Shown here: positions 62,286-64,000 of the stretch, piece after piece
Numbering within the stretch: the first letter of the stretch is position 1
How the letters are laid out: each line of letters starts with the position of its first letter
Assembly: GCA_965235115.1 (NCBI GenBank)
Contig: OZ249436.1
Span: 8,558,001-8,622,000, forward strand
Length of the DNA: 64,000 bases
Origin: Laetmonice hystrix
Lineage: Eukaryota
Direction of reading: 5' to 3'
Position numbers and translations under genes: made by a program
The notes under the pieces: generated by a model
Databases searched by the model: none
What the model saw: the letters and a program-made list of their open reading frames with translations, nothing else
What the model was told of the DNA's origin: nothing

Positions 62286-64000
62286 ATCGCGTATCGCGTA
62301 TGCCAGAGTTTGGGGATAATTCTGATAGGTCGGCATACGCTGGCTAAATCGTCAAGGTGTGACCGGGCCATTGCCCAACACAATGTTCCAACTTACCCCA
62401 TCATGGCCCATGTGTAGGGTTAGTTTGAACATCTGAGATAAGCCTACGTTTTGTCGATTATGTAGGTCATGGTCAGATATCCTAGGCAAATGATGTAATA
62501 TTTTTATAAGATGAATATACGATAATTCTAAAGTTAGCATCTACAAGTCAAGAAAGGTGAATCAAACTTTACCATGTCTCTAGCTGTCTGTGGCAGTAGT
62601 TGGTGCTGGTGATGGTGCAAGATCTTACGCGATGTTCATCGATGTGAGGCGGTCGCCGTCCGCGTGTAAAATGGAAACGTGGCAAACGTCTTTGCTAAAC
62701 GTTGTGCCAGCTGTCCTTCCATATCAGCGTGACGCACCATGTATGGCGTATCGTCTTTTTTTGTCGTTTTCTTTCCTTTGTCTGTCTTCTTAATCACAAA
62801 TCTTGATAGAATAGATGCAGAATCCTAAAAGATGTAGGCCTACAGCTGACACTTCATGGTCAGACGATTCCAAGCATATATAATACACATTGGTCTAATT
62901 GCCTTTTCATTCAACAGAATTGCAAGGAAGTGGCAAAAAATGAGCAAAATTGCATGTCCAATGCCAGGGTGCACTTATTCACCTCCACTTGTTCTTTGTA
63001 AAAATGTACATAATTGCAAATATTTGCTGTTTGTTCCATGATTCTAGGATGCTATTCTTTGGTATGCAACCTCTTTGAAGTAATATATTTGTATTACTTC
63101 AAAATATATTACTTTACTAGAATCTATAGGCGCGACAGGTGCCTGGCCGCCAGTAAAAGTGTACTTGGTGATTCCATGGCCAGCCGTATCCTGCCTCCTC
63201 GACAATAAACGCATGGAAACCTGAAATGTCACAGCGTTTGTGATCCCCTTTTCCTTGTCCTTTCCTTAATTAACCTTGGGGGCCACCATGAGGTTGTGGG
63301 GATTGGGGGGGGGGGGCGTTCAGTTGACGTGCCTTACGACCGACTCGGTTAAAGCCTTTCAGTGAAACAACGTCCTGTCTGAGAGGACCATCTGCTTTAT
63401 GAGGCTGACCTAGGCATCACTTTGCAATTATATCAGTTATTAAAAGTACAGTATTAGAGTAGAATTATTTCTAAAAAGTGAACTTGGTCTTAGTCGACTA
63501 GATCCGTTCATCCTACCGTTCGAAGATCTGGCGTCTGATACAACACGTGATAACCCAATGGTAGCCGCCATACGGAACTGTGCCACAGATCGACCCACTG
63601 ACGGGGAACAGGTTGTATTGCTACATCCCTTTAGAAGAGTCGTATTGCACTTTTCTCAGCCTTGCACCCTCCCGGCTCCAAGTGGACACTTTGCGACTCA
63701 TCATACTCTCAGTGTTTTACTATCAGCACTAGTTGCCAGACTACGACCGAATGTGGACCCATGCAAGCTCCTTCCGACCCATCAGCCAGTTCATGGGAGA
63801 CAGACCCGAGTCTATAGATAAGCGATACTTTCAGACGTGACCGTTCACTGTACATGTGATTAGTGGTTTCGTGGCTGTCAAGCTGGACCTCCAGAGTGGT
63901 GTCCGACACAACCACCTTGTTTATGTTAAGATATAATCATTTTGTAGCCACAACCAAAACCTTGGATTTGGATATGTTGTCTGCGGGACTAAAAATGCAA

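Overview
Eukaryotic (animal, most likely marine invertebrate) genomic DNA with spliceosomal introns. Genes read from the sequence: the 5' half of KNTC1/Rod (minus strand, 31 coding exons, continuing off the left edge); two near-identical tandem copies and one diverged copy of an SLC35G/EamA-type transporter; an unnamed 4-exon Lys-rich protein with two transmembrane helices, lying tail-to-tail with an unnamed 2-exon Glu-rich protein; an FBXW10/CDRT1-like F-box/WD40 gene (9 exons); and a theta/delta-type GST with a GC-AG first intron. Non-coding space is packed with nested non-autonomous DNA transposons (MITEs), transposase relics, a LINE 3' end, a SINE and minisatellites. The most unusual signal is the palindrome TAGGCCTA and its relatives. 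It occurs about 45-50 times by eye after 19.6 kb and not at all before it. Several internal alignments indicate it arose by insertion at TA dinucleotides, as expected for transposon excision footprints, and it clusters in putative promoters. All counts and alignments were done by eye; no database searches were run.
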